Below, one piece after another: positions 1-14,400 of a DNA stretch of 64,000 nt. This stretch comes from Bugula neritina. Lineage: Eukaryota; Animalia; Bryozoa. The position numbers were made by a program, and so were the translations under genes. The DNA is taken from NCBI GenBank assembly GCA_964035545.1, contig OZ037765.1, positions 7,016,698 to 7,080,697 of the forward strand. The letters are read 5' to 3'. The notes beneath the pieces were generated by a model, which had not been told where the DNA came from, did no database searches, and saw only the letters and a program-made list of their open reading frames with translations. How positions within the stretch are numbered: position 1 is the first letter of the stretch; the number at the start of each line of letters is the position of its first letter.

Positions 1-1754
1 TGATTAGTTTGGGTGATTACCAAAATTTGTCATGTTTAAGCAGAGCAATTGATGGAGTGGTAACATATAGAAAAATCTTGCTGCTAACTAATATTACCAA
101 CTTTCAAAATGAGCCTTTTTAGCTACAGATATTTAACAATATTTTGAGTAAATAGGTGAAGCTATATCAAGCATGACAATCTCTACAAATATGATAGTTT
201 TAATTTAAATTAAAGTATATAATTTTTGTAATTTTTTTCTATCAAAACAAGCAAAGTAGTGAAAAATTTATCAAATTGCAACTATAGTGTACTATGTTCT
301 AGTCAAACAAAATAGTTGACTCAAAGCCAGGTGCAGTTTTTTAATGTTAAAAATAGCTTAACCAATAGCAATCAAAATGTCGAAGTACATTATACCTATC
401 ATATTTATATTTTTGAATCCCTTTTGTATTGAAATACAAAAATGAGTAGTAATTATTGCTTTGTAATAAATCAACTAGCTCTGAACTGTCACTGGTAGGA
501 TAGTTGGGTAGTTGCACTTTGTAGGCAAAATATTAAATCCCACCCAACTGACAAAAAAGCTTTTATATAAAAATGTAGCAATTATCAATATCTAATTTTC
601 TGATATCAGCTAGAAATTTGGTATACAAGCAACTTCTTTCCTCTGTAAAGAATACATTCAACTGGTTAATACAGCTTTGCTGCTATGACTATGGCTATGC
701 CTATAATTGTGACTGTCACTATGACTGTGACCTATTAAGTTAGCGTGAGGTTCTATTAGCTTTACGTGTGACAATTTGATAGTCTTCTAGAAAAATTATA
801 GATAGCAATATTATATTTATTGTTTATAATACTTATAGTTAATTATATTGCATTGAAATCTCATCTTTGTTTGTATTAAGAATCAAACGAATTAAGCAAA
901 ACTTACAAGAATTTTATGCAAAAATGAATTGTTGGTATTTCGAATAGCTAACAATTAGAAATGAATTTTATATTTGTGTTTTGCTGCAAGTCACATTATT
1001 GAAGCGAGTTGTTTGTCTTTGCAAGTGGTAATACATTTCTAGTAATTAGATAAATCAGTGTTGAACTTCTAGCAAGTCACCTTAAACTACATTAAATTTG
1101 GTTGTGAGGAAAAAACATAGCTGTAGCTAAACTAATAACAGCAGTTATCTTCTCCTCTTAACTCTATATTATATTACCAGACAAAGTTAACCGCCTGAGT
1201 AAATTTTACTAATATTAAAATTGTTTTCGCATATAGTGTGTTTGGACGTTCTCCTGAACTTCTGGGCATCAACTTTGTTCAACGTATTTAAGTGTCAGAA
1301 TTTTTACATAGCAACATTATCTATGATTATCTTTGTTTACCAATAATTGATCACTCATATCTTTATAATATTATCATTGTGATATTATTTCTCATTATCT
1401 CTGCCCATGTAGTTCAGTACATTACATCATATAATAGTTGGCAAGACTAGACTTTTAAGTAATTTATATATAGCAAAAGCTGCTTTGCTTTCATTGATTC
1501 ACTGTCACCATCAATTAAAGTATTAAATGATTTTTTTAATGTTTATTAACGATCATAATGCATATATATGTATGTTATAGGTCTACTGCACTGTTCAAAT
1601 TGCCACGATTTATTAGGTAGACAACTCTGAAAGAGTAAAATTGCCAACATACTGACACAGTTTTAACTTACATTTTACTGATTAGCATTCAATAAACTGA
1701 TAAATATAAATTGCAAGTTATCCAACAATGATATAAATTAATTAATTTTTAGAA

Positions 1755-1808
1755 TTGCTGGGCTCTTTGTCTTGAAAAATGGCCCTTCTTATTCATGGGA
1801 TTATTAAC
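1755..1808. repeat. Short dispersed repeat, copy 1 (copy 2 at 3342-3396)
   Basis: ttgctgggctctttgtcttgaaaaatggcccttcttattcatgggattattaac aligns with ttgctgggctccttgtcttgagaaatagcccttcttattcatcggatttattaac; likely a TE fragment of unknown family. Confidence 0.6.
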
Positions 1809-2540
1809 TATTTAGTAGTAGGTTAAGGTGTAATTTAAGTTTTCAACATTACCAATACACACGTGTATATTATTCTAGGATACAATCCAAAGCTCTATTT
1901 AAACATATTTCACAGGTAATTTCTTTGCTGGTTAATGAAGTGTGGAGTGCCATAACAATAAACCAATAGGCAGCTGTCAGAAAAACTTAGCTATGCATAT
2001 TTAGTGTGTACATATTTCTAGGCTATAGAAACGTTGATTTAGAAATAAAATTATTTTGTGTTTATTTAGAACAATAGGAAATAGTAATGTAAAGTTTGGT
2101 TCATTGGGGAGTGTAATAACAGAGTTGTTTAGTTTAGCAAACCAGATTGTTTAATGACACGTACAAAGTATATGTGATCATCGAGTCTATATAGAAAGAG
2201 TATGTATCATTTGTAACAATGTTGATACATTCTAATTCAAACAAAGAAGTGCATCGAATGCCTATAATTAATTTGCTGTAGCTTATTATATTTCCATTGA
2301 TTTCGTTCAGATAAGTCTAGTTTTTGATAACTGCCGAAGATTGATTTCGTTCTTCACATTGCGCAGTCTATAGTGCCGCGTATAGTTGAGCTCCAAGCTT
2401 AGGTAGACTAAATTCTGTTAGTCAATAGCACATCTCAAGTAATTAATCAAGTTAATTATTAAGTAGAAGAGTTTTAAGAAATGTGATATGCTGAAGGGTG
2501 CTTGTAGCAGACGTTAGCTAGTTGAAAGTATATTATAAAT

Positions 2541-2671
2541 ATGACTGGAACTTCGCTTCATTCTAAAAGAATTGCAAAGTATTTTCCAAACATGCCGTAT
2601 GACAGCATGAAGCTTAGATTTCGACAAACGCCTGAGCCCGACATATTGAGGCAGCTCGAGCGACATGTTCG
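2541..2671 (+). CDS. Candidate variable first coding exon A of the C8orf89-like gene (MTGTSLHSKR...LERHVR)
   Basis: ATG 2541 with an in-frame TGA upstream (2523); 43 codons then CG|GTATGT phase-2 donor, compatible with the phase-2 acceptors at 4008 and 12290. Confidence 0.55.
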
Positions 2672-3341
2672 GTATGTTTACTTTATACACTTTTTCTTGA
2701 CTCATACTGCAAAGAACAATTCAAGTTTGCTTCAACTTTATGTAAGAGTCAATTATTTTTAGTTGTATGCATCAATTGATTCGTAATAATTCTGTATTGC
2801 ATATTTATTTAGTGCTTAAACTGGAATTCAACAAAACATTTTTATTTAAGAATGGGATTTTGATAGTAGGGCATCAAACTAGTTTATAAGATATATTTGG
2901 GTGTTACTATAGTAACAGCATTGTAATCAACTCAATTTTTACATGACAAATTATTGGCTAATGTTTGAAATTTAATGCAATCGTAGTTAAATGCAATGCG
3001 TAAACAACTAGAAGAAAAATTTTATACACGGTTGTATTTTTAATAGATTCTCACAACTTAAGGGATATATAATATAATAATATTATTATGTTATAAATAT
3101 GAGAACTACCAGTATAATATATCTTATAATATTTATCACTATTAGCCTTTTGGGATTTGCTCAACAGTCTAATTGATAAATTATAAGACTGCTATGGCCA
3201 GCAAGGCAAATCCTCTGGTTTAGTCTTTATACTAAAGATACCAGATACATTATTTATTAAGCAGATGGACCAAAGATATTGATTGCTCTCATCACTAATC
3301 AACCAACTATCTTTACCTAATAATCAATATTTGATGAAGAG

Positions 3342-3396
3342 TTGCTGGGCTCCTTGTCTTGAGAAATAGCCCTTCTTATTCATCGGATTTATTAAC
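3342..3396. repeat. Short dispersed repeat, copy 2
   Basis: Similar to 1755-1808. Confidence 0.6.
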
Positions 3397-4007
3397 TTAT
3401 ATTTCTTGTACATTGTGTAGACAATACTTACCACTATCTATCAGTAATCAATACTGCACAATGTGTCCAGTGTTTTATTTTACATGTTTATACTTTCTTC
3501 TAAGAAAGTTATGACAAAGCTATGCACTGTTTATGTACATAGCTGTATTTTATACAATGCTGTGTAAAACTATTTTTGTTACAAAGAAGTTGGAACAATG
3601 AATATTGGCATTACAATTGTCACAATACTGAAAGAAGTATAGAACAGCTTTTCATTTCTTGAATGATTTTGCAAAAATTTACAAGCTTTGCAGTGCCTAA
3701 AAATTATGCATTTCACAAGCAATATGCGGCTTACCTGACATTTTGATTATTTTATATTTCTGCTTCAAAGAACTCTAAACTAACATGGAACAAAAAATAA
3801 AAGATACTACTGCGAAACAGTTATTTTAATCTTGTGTAAGCAAGCTATAGTCTAATTGTCGACATGTTAAAAAGCTTCTCAAATTTTATGCAATGTAACT
3901 ATTATAGTTAGGAACTTGTATATTGCTAAGATGTAATACTCTTTGATCGGGAGTTGATGCCCTTATTGTGATGTACTTTTCATGCTTTATGTCTACTTTT
4001 GCTGCAG

Positions 4008-4322
4008 CAATATCTCCAGGTCAGCCATGTCTATGGGTGACTATATCACTTATGTTGAGCGCAGTCTGATAGAAATACTTGGGCAGGGATATTGTACATC
4101 ATCGTTGAAGCGTGCTCTATTATCTCAACTCTATAAAACTCGGCCAAAACTTAGTTCAAACGCCGAAAATCTTAACAACAATTCAGCAGAAAGTAGACAC
4201 TTGGGCAGGCTAGCCTCATTACCCCAAATTCATGCTACTGAAAAGGCTAAGCAACCTACTAAGGCTACGAAATTCAACCAACCACCACAAAGATATCGTA
4301 AACGAGCATGTCTGGCCAGTCT
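4008..4322 (+). CDS. Candidate symmetric (phase 2-2) exon B of the C8orf89-like gene (NISRSAMSMGDY...RKRACLAS)
   Basis: Acceptor ctacttttgctgcag| at 4007, 315-nt open frame, donor CT|GTAAGA at 4323; in frame with exon A and with constant exon 12290. Confidence 0.6.
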
Positions 4323-6468
4323 GTAAGATTTCTTAGCTAGTCTGAGTGAGTGGTAGCAGCCACCTGTAGCATAGACTCCTAAACTAAACATTTGCACAAG
4401 CAACGATAGCGTATATACACTGACATTATTTGTCTATTGCAGTAGATGGTAACTTGTAGGTTGGCTTCTAGTTTAGATATACTTTATGTTTTAGTATCTA
4501 ATCTTGTTTTCCAGATTATAATTTGGTTCTGTGTCATAACAATTGGCATAATATATTTTAGTCCTTGAAAAAATTCTGATAATTTTAGTGTTTAGCCTAA
4601 AAGTTCAGCAGGATGTCTCTACTTAAATCAAACAAGCTGATAATTTTTCATCCAGTTTGCCATTCTGCTGAAATTGAGATGGTTATTTAAGTCAATTTGA
4701 ACACATTGCTTTTCTAGTTTCTTAGAGCAACATCCAGGCTTTTGAGGTAACAACCAGGTCAACCTTTCTACTTTAGAACAAATATTTTATAGAATTTAGT
4801 ATGTTTATCTTTATGCAAGACTTACAATACGCTGCCTTTTGGGAATGCTGACACACAATTCAATACAAGTTGACAGCAGATAAGCACTAAATCAGTGATG
4901 CCCACCTTTGGTAAACGGCACAAACATTCATTAATCTTCACTGAAACTTGAACTCTCTTGTTTAATTACATCCTACATTTTATTTTCCACAAGCAAATGT
5001 GCATAGTTTCTGATGTGTCAGCTATGAATTTTATCATGATAAATTGGCAGTTAAATGGGGTACAGCTGCCTGCAACATATACTATGCAAACACAAAGTTA
5101 GTTGTGACATGTTCATTATCTCAATTATATTAAAGACTATAGTATTTAACAATATATAAAAATGTTGTGTGTTGAGTCAGTAAACATGTCAACACTACAC
5201 CTGTATGGTGATGTCCTGCGAAGTTAGGTAACTTCTGACACACAGAGGCATTTTGAAGTTTTAATATTTCTTGATAGTTGTAAAATGTTTAGAAAAGAGC
5301 CTAGAAAATAAAAGAGTTTAGGTACATAATAAATAATATAATCTGTTATAACTTAGTAGCCCTCCTTTAAAAGCTAAAATAATACTGGTCACGAATTATT
5401 GTAAAATTAGGTTTATTTGGAGTTGTCTGACTTTTGCCAGTTGCCTTCTGGAAAACCTTTACATTTTATAAACATAAATTATACTTGTTCTATAAAAAAC
5501 ATGTAACTACCTATTTCAATACAGTAATATATTACGAGATGCATCCCACCATCTCATTATACTCCTGTTAAATCTTAACCAGATTTATTCATGCACTATA
5601 AACTAGACATTTAGTAACTTCAAAAAATTGAAACATTGGCAGGTTGAATGAAGCATATTAGGCAAGTCAAGCACCTGCAATAATGTAACAAGAAGCATTT
5701 TATTTTCAGTAATTTTTAAACATCTTTATTGCTTAAAATTACATATAGTAATTATAATGCTATAACAGAATATTATATTTTAAATGCCAGAATATTTGGC
5801 TTCAGCAAGAGGCTGAGAGTTACCCTCCCTCAATTGTTTATAAGTAAAATTAATAAACTGTTGCACTAGTGAGAACTACAGCATAAACAATAAACAAATA
5901 TATATACATGAACTACAGAACATTTAATGAAATTACGAATTCAGTTTATTATGTAGTAAAGTAGAATCAATAAATACCAAGTGGAATTAAAAATTCAATG
6001 GTCAAGTTTATTATAGTTTCTTTTTGATGCCAATTATATTGATTCAAGAATATGCTATCCTCAAGGTTACTTTCAGCAGTTTTCAAGGATTTAAGTTTAA
6101 AGCAAATAGTCTTAAACAAATCGTTACTAAAGAGTGTTGAAGATCAATCTCATTACATTTGACTGTGAATATATAGAATATGATCTATGAGCCTATTATA
6201 ACATTGAGTGTTTATTTAGTCAGTCGCTGTTTAAACAACATGTCTTTTCTTTAAATTCAATGAGTAAAATAAAATGTAATAGACGTCATTTATCCCTTTA
6301 CCTAATCACCCTACAGTGAAATAGTGCAAACTAATAGGATCTATCACGCTTTAAGGATAAGATTATAAACGTCATTAACTTCATGCACTTGAGCAGCAGT
6401 ATATGCTAGTAGCAGCAGCAGCTAGTAGAATAAACTACCTTGTACTTGGTATATTTTATTCCTTCATC

Positions 6469-6662
6469 ATGACTGTGCTACCGCGAATTGGAAAAGCTTC
6501 TTCTGACGAAAACACCTCATCTGGACGCAGATGTACTTTACCCAACTCTAAGTTCTGTCTTCTAGACTTCTCAAATAATACTCACTCTCCTGTTAATAAC
6601 AAAGTAACTACTAAAAACTACAGCTGGGTACCTATGAGTGTTTGTACTTTGTATACAAGCTG
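6469..6662 (+). CDS. Candidate variable first coding exon C (MTVLPRIGK...LYTS); an in-frame ATG at 6403 is also possible
   Basis: Open frame ending in TG|GTGAGT, a consensus phase-2 donor. Confidence 0.55.
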
Positions 6663-7725
6663 GTGAGTAGTAGTTTAAAAGTTTTGTCGCTCTCTGCTTT
6701 TCTCAGATCATCCTTCCTTTCAATACTTTAACAGATGTTTCCAAACTTTGGTCTTAGCACTGTGTATATAATAACAATAATATACATATACATAACATAA
6801 TTATATACATTACATATATACATTACTCATATATATATATAACAGTATAACACATAGTATATATAATAACTATTATATTATACAAGCTTTACAAAGTTTT
6901 AACTCCAAAGTTTATGTAATATATGTATGTGTACAAATAGAGCTGCACTATTAAAGTGATGATCTAAATTTTCTTTAATGTATTTAAGCAATATTTTAAT
7001 ATATTATATGTGTAACAATATAATATAATAAACTAAAAGTTTGAAATATTTGCCATACCTGAAATTTCAGTGAACTCACTACAGATTGCATTTTAATTGT
7101 TTTTTATCTAAAATAATTCATAGTCTAAATTTAATTCTCAATAAAATATATCGTTGATATAAAAACTATTTTTTAGTTTTAAGTAAACTTTTCTTAACCA
7201 CCAAATACACAACTATTTGTAGTTTTTATTTATAGCCCAACTTTTACAAAACTAATTTTTATTTCATTAGTTCATATACTTGCTTCGGAATTAAAAATAA
7301 CTTTTCTTTTAGCATTATAAGCTCCACAATAAAAAATACAACTACTGTATTAGTTCAATTATCAGCTCTTCTGCTGTGTGTTTGAAATGGGAGTTGCTTT
7401 TATTATATTATTATAAATACCCAGTAATTGGAATTTATACCTTAGCGCTAAGCTAATACTAGCAAATTTTAGTCAATTAATATGATATCAACTTTAATAG
7501 TACAATTGATCAACTGTTGCTATTATAATATATTGTCTAATATATGTAATAATATAACCTACTTAAAATGTTTATGCAATTCTTTGAAAAATGTGTATAA
7601 TATAATACTAATTGAAAATAATTCTTAAAATATTATAGGATAATAATTCTTGCCATAGGATAGAGGTGAAATGTTTTTTTGCAATCAGTTTGAACGCCTA
7701 CTAGTCTGTCCTTGGTATTTTGGTT

Positions 7726-7795
7726 CGACCTAGACTAGACCGAGCTGGTGTGAGTTGGACTAAGTTGGACTGTGTTAAACTGAGTTGGACTGGGT
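7726..7795. repeat. Degenerate 10-bp tandem repeat (gagttggact-like)
   Basis: tgagttggac taagttggac tgtgttaaac tgagttggac tgggttg. Confidence 0.5.
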
Positions 7796-8663
7796 TGTTA
7801 CAAATTGTTTTGATAACTCGATACTTTGATACCTTATTTGGAAGTGAATTCAAAAGTTTACCAAAAATGAGGTTGATGTGTATATAAATGAAATGTGAAA
7901 GTACAGTTATAATTACTATGGTAGTCTAACATAAAATTAGTATCATAGCCAATTAAACACTAATTTGTAGCAAAGAAGTTGTTCACCCTTGTTTAGATGA
8001 GTTAAATAACCTTTCTATTGCTATATTAATAAGTATTGTAACCTGTCTAGGTTTGGATTGAAGTATTAAGACATTGTATTAATATAATAATAAAGGTTAC
8101 TTCAAACACCATAATAGTTTGATAAACAAAGCCTTAGCAATTGTGTGGATGAATAGTCTGCTTATCCAACATTTCACATTATATTTAGCTGATAGTTAAC
8201 ACCAGAGTGCTGCAGAGTGCACTGCCATTTTACATATTCATTTAAGTGTTCTAAAACAAACATCATACAATTCATAATTCTATAGTTGTTGTTATGCTAA
8301 AACTATCAGTGATTTATTGGTTAAATTATGTATCCGTTCAATTGTGCTGCTTAACCAAACGCCCTTTAGTGTAGTATTTCTCTTACAGAAAAAATTGATT
8401 CATATTTCTTATTATTCTAATTTTACTTAACAAAAGATAGAAATATATAGCGTAGCATTTGTGAAGCAGTTGAGAAACTACACGACAGCAACGGTTGACA
8501 GCTGCCATTGGCAGCAAAGTTATCGGCGGTCATAACTAACAAAGATATCATCAATATCTCAAGTGGACTCTTGGCTGTATCTAAGACTTGCTCTTTGAAC
8601 AGGGAGATAGTAACTGCTCTAAGGGTATAGTCAGGGTAGACACACCGCTGTACGGTAAAGAAT

Positions 8664-8998
8664 ATGTCAGTCGGTACTAACAAACGAGTGGTGTTAAGAA
8701 ACCTGCTTCACGTAAACTCCAGTATCGATACAAAACAGCGAGCCAGCACCACTACAGGTGTTCTGGTGCAAGTATCAGCCAATCTGTGGCCTGCGACTCG
8801 AAGACCTAAAACTCGAGGCACTGGAGCTGCTCTACCATTTCAAAAGAGAGTACAGAGAGCTATCGGGCATATTTCTGAGACAAACAAGACACCGGAAAGA
8901 TCTCGTCGCAGTCAGCTCGCTGCCGCTACTGTTCACACGGATGATGGTAGCTGCCTTAGCATGCTTCCTGCAAGGGTGACGCTGAGATACAGGTCATG
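8664..8998 (+). CDS. Candidate variable first coding exon D (MSVGTNKRVV...TLRYRS)
   Basis: In-frame TAG stops at 8628 and 8637 precede ATG 8664; 111 codons then TG|GTAAGG phase-2 donor; GC-richer than flanks. Confidence 0.55.
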
Positions 8999-10303
8999 GT
9001 AAGGTGTAATCTGCAACAGCAGTTTTAGTAATATATTACGACTTAATAGAGTATAAAACTGAGTAGCAACTACGGTTTGCTCATATAATTATATATGTGT
9101 ATGTGCATTTGTATGTGAGTGTGCGTGTGTATATACATATCTATTTTTTAATACAAGTTTGCTATTTATTGAAAATGGTGTGGGTCTATAGTAGTTCAAG
9201 TGTCTATTATTGTAAAACATATTTTGCTTATGCCAAGCAAGTAGCGTTATCTTAAGTAAGCAATGTCTATTACATGATATTGGACCAGGCAAAGAGTAAA
9301 TTAGAGTCTTATCTATTTTGAAGCAATTAGATTCAGATAACTAAAAGGAAGTTTAATGATATTTAGTGAGTGATGGTGTGATGGTATGTACTAAGATAAC
9401 ATTCACACGTATGTACTATATTGTATCATTATTACGGGCAGTGGAAGCAAATCCCAAACTATAAAAGCAGTCTCAAAGTCATATAGAGGCTAATATAATA
9501 AAGAGGAGATGACTCCTCAAGCTCTGTATAGATATAATACTATTATATAGCTCACTCATAAAATAATCTCTTACAATCTACATGGCGGTTAAAAAAAGCT
9601 GTTGTTTGTGTAAATAAAAGAATACAAGTTAATTATGTAAAATCATTCCAATTGAAGCTTTAATGGTATAAAAATGTTGTGCCTGTATTCTATATTTTAC
9701 TTGAGCCACTAACAAATTATTTGTCATGCAAACTTGACATTTGACAAAGTCGTACACTTAGACTTTTCTAAAAGATGTAAATGGCAAAAATATTGCTGTT
9801 ATCAGTGTCAATAGCATTTAAATTACTTACATTTAAATAATTCATAACAATCAAAAGAGTTCACAACTTTGAAGTACCTACAATAACTTTAATTTTGCTA
9901 TTATTAGTTTTATCAAAACTTTAAGTTACAATTAAGAATGTTGGGCATTTCTTATAAGTGTTATATTCTATTGTTTCTATTTGAAAGAGATTTTTCATTC
10001 TTGCTAATTACACTGTGTGTCTATAAAATATCCATTTAGCCTGTAGAACTATAGCATGCTGTCTACTTTCTTCCTAGCTTTGTGGACTTAATATTCTAAC
10101 AGCAATGAAAACTTCTTGCTTGATTAGCTATGCAACAACTCTGCAATTAGTAACCATTTCAGTATTTATTGATCAACTAGTCAATACTTTGAGGATATTT
10201 GCTCTACGTCTTCCTTGCCGTTCAAACTGAAATCTGTAGTTAGCACAGAAGGGGATGAGTGTGTCTAGAAACTGCATCAGATTTGACTAAACTTTTTACG
10301 ACA

Positions 10304-10461
10304 ATGTCGGAATCAGTGACTACAACACTAACCGCCTCTAAACTACTAGTTACGTGCCCATTAATGGTGCCTATCAGGCTGCAGCCTACCGTTAGTATTC
10401 ATTCTAAAAGATACAGCATCTGGAGTTCTTGTAGGCAAATGCATTCCAACTCTAACTGCAG
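10304..10461 (+). CDS. Weak candidate variable first exon E (MSESVTTTL...NSNCR)
   Basis: Open frame ending AG|GTAGTA (phase 2, weak donor). Confidence 0.3.
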
Positions 10462-11460
10462 GTAGTAATAAATTCATGTTTGTAAAAACTTTGAAGCTGG
10501 TTTTTAGACAGGATTTGTTTTCTTTTTGCTAAGTTTTCTTGGCTATGTAAACAAGAGAGGAATTAAGTAGTTCTGTTGACTATGTTTGTGAGTTTGACTT
10601 TGAAATCTAAATTTTGTTGACATTTGCAATACTAGATAGACATTTGCCTACATTTAAAGCTTTGACTTTATATTGCAAACATGTGTATATTATTCTGTAT
10701 GTTCACTGTTAAGGACTAGATATATATTTAGGATTAATAACTAATTTTAGAGAAACTGGTATCCGTAGTTTTATACTCATATGAATCAAGGATACTGCTA
10801 CAAAATTGTTGCAAATTATTCCAAATTGATTGTAAATTAGGACTAAGCATGTATTACATGCTACCAAAACCTAAATGTTAGTAATAGTTATTTGCCCAAG
10901 TGCCCTTTATTTATTCTTTTTAGTTCTTATGCCTGATTTGTATTTGTATCCATTTTCTATAAACAATTTCTAACTTCAGTACAGCACTACAATAGTGTGT
11001 GACTCAAAATAAGACATTTCCGTCACATCACTCTGTTTATAATGTTATTTCCAGTTACTAATAATTTGTGCAACCTACCTATAACATAATAGCTCACTTG
11101 TGAAGATAGTAAACGTGTGTCTAGCATGTAAGTTGTGTAAATCTTCTTCTAAGCCCTGATTCCTGATGTTGATTGGTTTCATATTTGTGTCTGAGTGTTT
11201 AAGAGTTGTCTTTCATAGCATCAAAAACATTCTAAGGTTTACCGTCTGAGTAGAACTTCTTGGATGTGAATAGTGAAGACAGTCAAGTATTGCTAGTTAT
11301 TTTAATGGGAGACATCGCGTCATTATTACACTTAATATTGATTGTTGGCATTGTTTGTTAGTTGTAATATTGTATTGCTGTTAGGATAATTGTTTGTTGA
11401 ACTCTTTTTTGGTTAATCATTCAGTTGTAAGTTGTCAATCAAACAGCTAGCATCAATAAT

Positions 11461-14400
11461 ATGTCTCTTCCAAATTCCATAATACTTCAACGGTAAGGAA
11501 TCTTTCATCATAGTCTTGCTTCAGTTTTCGGTGTAAATTTAGCTAACGAATTTAGATTTTGAGTTCAGAATTCAAGCAGTAACTTTCAAGGACAGACAAC
11601 TTTTCATGCTCCAACTGATTATCACCAATTGTTAATATTTACATTGTATTAGACATCTGCATTTTATAAGTTTATAGAATCTTTTAATTTGTATTATCAC
11701 TTTATCTTAGCAAATAGTTAGAATCATTATTGCAAAAAATATTTTGAAAGCTTCAGTTAGCTTTATTTGTTCTGCCAAATATGTGGCCTACTAGTTATGT
11801 TAGATTTAACTTGATAAAAGAGAAGGCTTCTTACTACCTCTTTAGCTTAGGTCACAGGCATTAATCTATATGCTGTTGTTTTATATTGACACAACTTCTT
11901 ATTTTAGTGTTTTTTGTAATTTGCTTCCTTAGAATATAGATTAGCAATTAATTTAAAGTAATTCTACACACCAAGCTATTACCAGAACATATTATACTGC
12001 ATGTAGTTCTGTTGTTTGAACTGTAACCTAATGAAACTTTAGTTAGTAACCCAATGAACCTATATAGGAAGCAGGTCTAGAGCCTGTAGACTATAATAGC
12101 TGTAACAAAATTGATTCAACCTTAATTTGTTAAAAGACTATACCTTACCTTGTCACTTATAATTAAAGTGGATTTTCCTGTCTATGAATCAGATGTCTGC
12201 GCTAACTATAATGCTGCCTATGATGCTGCCAGACTGAAACGGTTGGCTGAATTGTTTAATTTACAGTGTTAATTGCATTAATATTACAGTTCATCGACTT
12301 CTCACAATGGAGCTTTCTCAAACACCACAGATCTGTTACAATTAAACGGAGGAGAAACCATTAGAAAATCATCATCTGAGACCCGAACCTCATCAAGTCC
12401 AGACAATAATGGAACTGCTAAAGAAAAACTCAAACTCAATAGACCTAGTAGTAGGGGCAAGCGAAGAACTCCCCACATTAATGGTAAGTTACAAGCTTCT
12501 ACCCAGTTGCGATGAAAATCTAGAAGTGTTTCTGACAAGAATGTGGGAAAATATGAAACAAAAAAAATATGAAGTGAAAATGGAGTAATAATTGGTTAGC
12601 TGAAGCAAACCAATAGTATTTTAAAGCCTAACTGAGTTATTTTACACACCGGTACCCATGGTTGATTCTAGCCAAGAAGGTGTATTTTAATATATTATAT
12701 TATATTATATATTATATATATACATATATATCTATATGCATAATATACATAATATACATATATACATATATGTTTATATACATAATATATAAATATATGT
12801 ATGCATATATGTATACATAAATACATAATATGTATTTACAGGTCTGATACCATTGGAGAGAGTATCAAGAGATTCTGAGACTGAGTTACCGTCTGTATTA
12901 GATGAAAATATCACGGGCACTAAGCTAAGTCTTCCCACACAGCGCATTAAACCACAGGTTAAACCCACAAGAGGCTCAGTTGCTCTCAAACCTTTAACTT
13001 CTAGTGACCAAGTAACAAACAGTCTTACCTACTCTACAAATTACTCTACGCAAAAACATGTTAAGTCTCGCTCAATATCAGGTAAGCCATTTGCTGTATT
13101 GTTATATAAACAAAAATTCAAACAAGTTTTGATACGAAATTGCAATTGAAACTTTCATTGCCAGTTCTCAGCTTTTTGTTTTAAAAACTTTTAAGAATTA
13201 AATATTTGCAACTAAATGCTACTTTCACCATTGCAGTTTTCATTTTACGTAGGCATGCTTGAGTATATGTTATTTTCAACTATACAATAATTAGTTTATC
13301 CTGTCTCATGCACGTACAATGTTAAATGTGAGAGCAGCTTTAATTCTTAGTCAAATTGTTGAACAATTCTAAATCACTTTACAAGCTGCTAGTGTTTGAT
13401 TTTGAAGGGGTACCAAAGCTAGAAGTAGCCTCTACAGAAGAAGGTGATACAACAGGTCAAAGTTGGTCTCACAATCCCAACGTGTTACCAATAAATAAGC
13501 CTATTCTAAGTCAGCAAAATAGAAACAATAACTTCAGTAATGACAACTCCACAATTGCTAGTAGCAGTTTGACTGCAACTACCATACTTGGTAAAACTGA
13601 GAACTGCAGCAGTACAAACTCTCTTACAGTCACTGCTTCTAGTGTAGTTAGTAGTAACAGTAACTCACAACGTCCACATAAACCTAGCCAGTCACATCTT
13701 ACAAGTACCAGAGCCTTTGGAACTTCTCGGAAGAAATCTCCTGGAGGTAAGTAACTCCTTTCCTACTTCCTTTTTTGTGAAGTTTAGTTCAGACTGTTCA
13801 ACCATGTTTTTATTTTTGTTTTTGGAGTACTTTAAAGCAATAATTATTTGTAAAAAACTTTTAAGTCATATGACCTGTGTAAATTCCTTAGTAACACAAG
13901 TTTTAGATAGTTGAAAACTTTTATAATAATTAAGATCTTCAATCTATTTATTTTATAGTGTTGAAAGATACAACTTCTGCTTAGCTTGATTTATAGTATG
14001 ACTAAAGATAAAGATATAGAATCAACATTATTTGATAACTATTTGTTTTCTATAATCAGACGTTTTACACCTAGCTGCTATTACTTACATCCTCTAAACC
14101 ATAGTAATACAGAAAACTTTAAAACAAATGAAGCTACACTCCCTGAACTAAATTACTATATTATCTTTTAACAGTTGTTGCCTAAACTATCTGACACTAT
14201 TCTATACCAGTTTAGTATACAAACCGAAAGATAAAATCTAAGCTTGTCTGTTTTAGGGTGCACAACTCATAATTTTTCATATAGTGTGATTATTATAATA
14301 ACAATATAACTTTAATGCCTCTATCAGGCCTTTATCAAATTTTCACATTATTGGCTTTTAAAAGTCGCATGGCAAAATGAAACTGAGGTCACTTTATATA

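Noticed and set aside
8501-8515. GCTGCCATTGGCAGC as an RFX X-box for exon D
   Set aside because: Palindromic but deviates from the GTTGCC/GGCAAC half-sites; insufficient alone.
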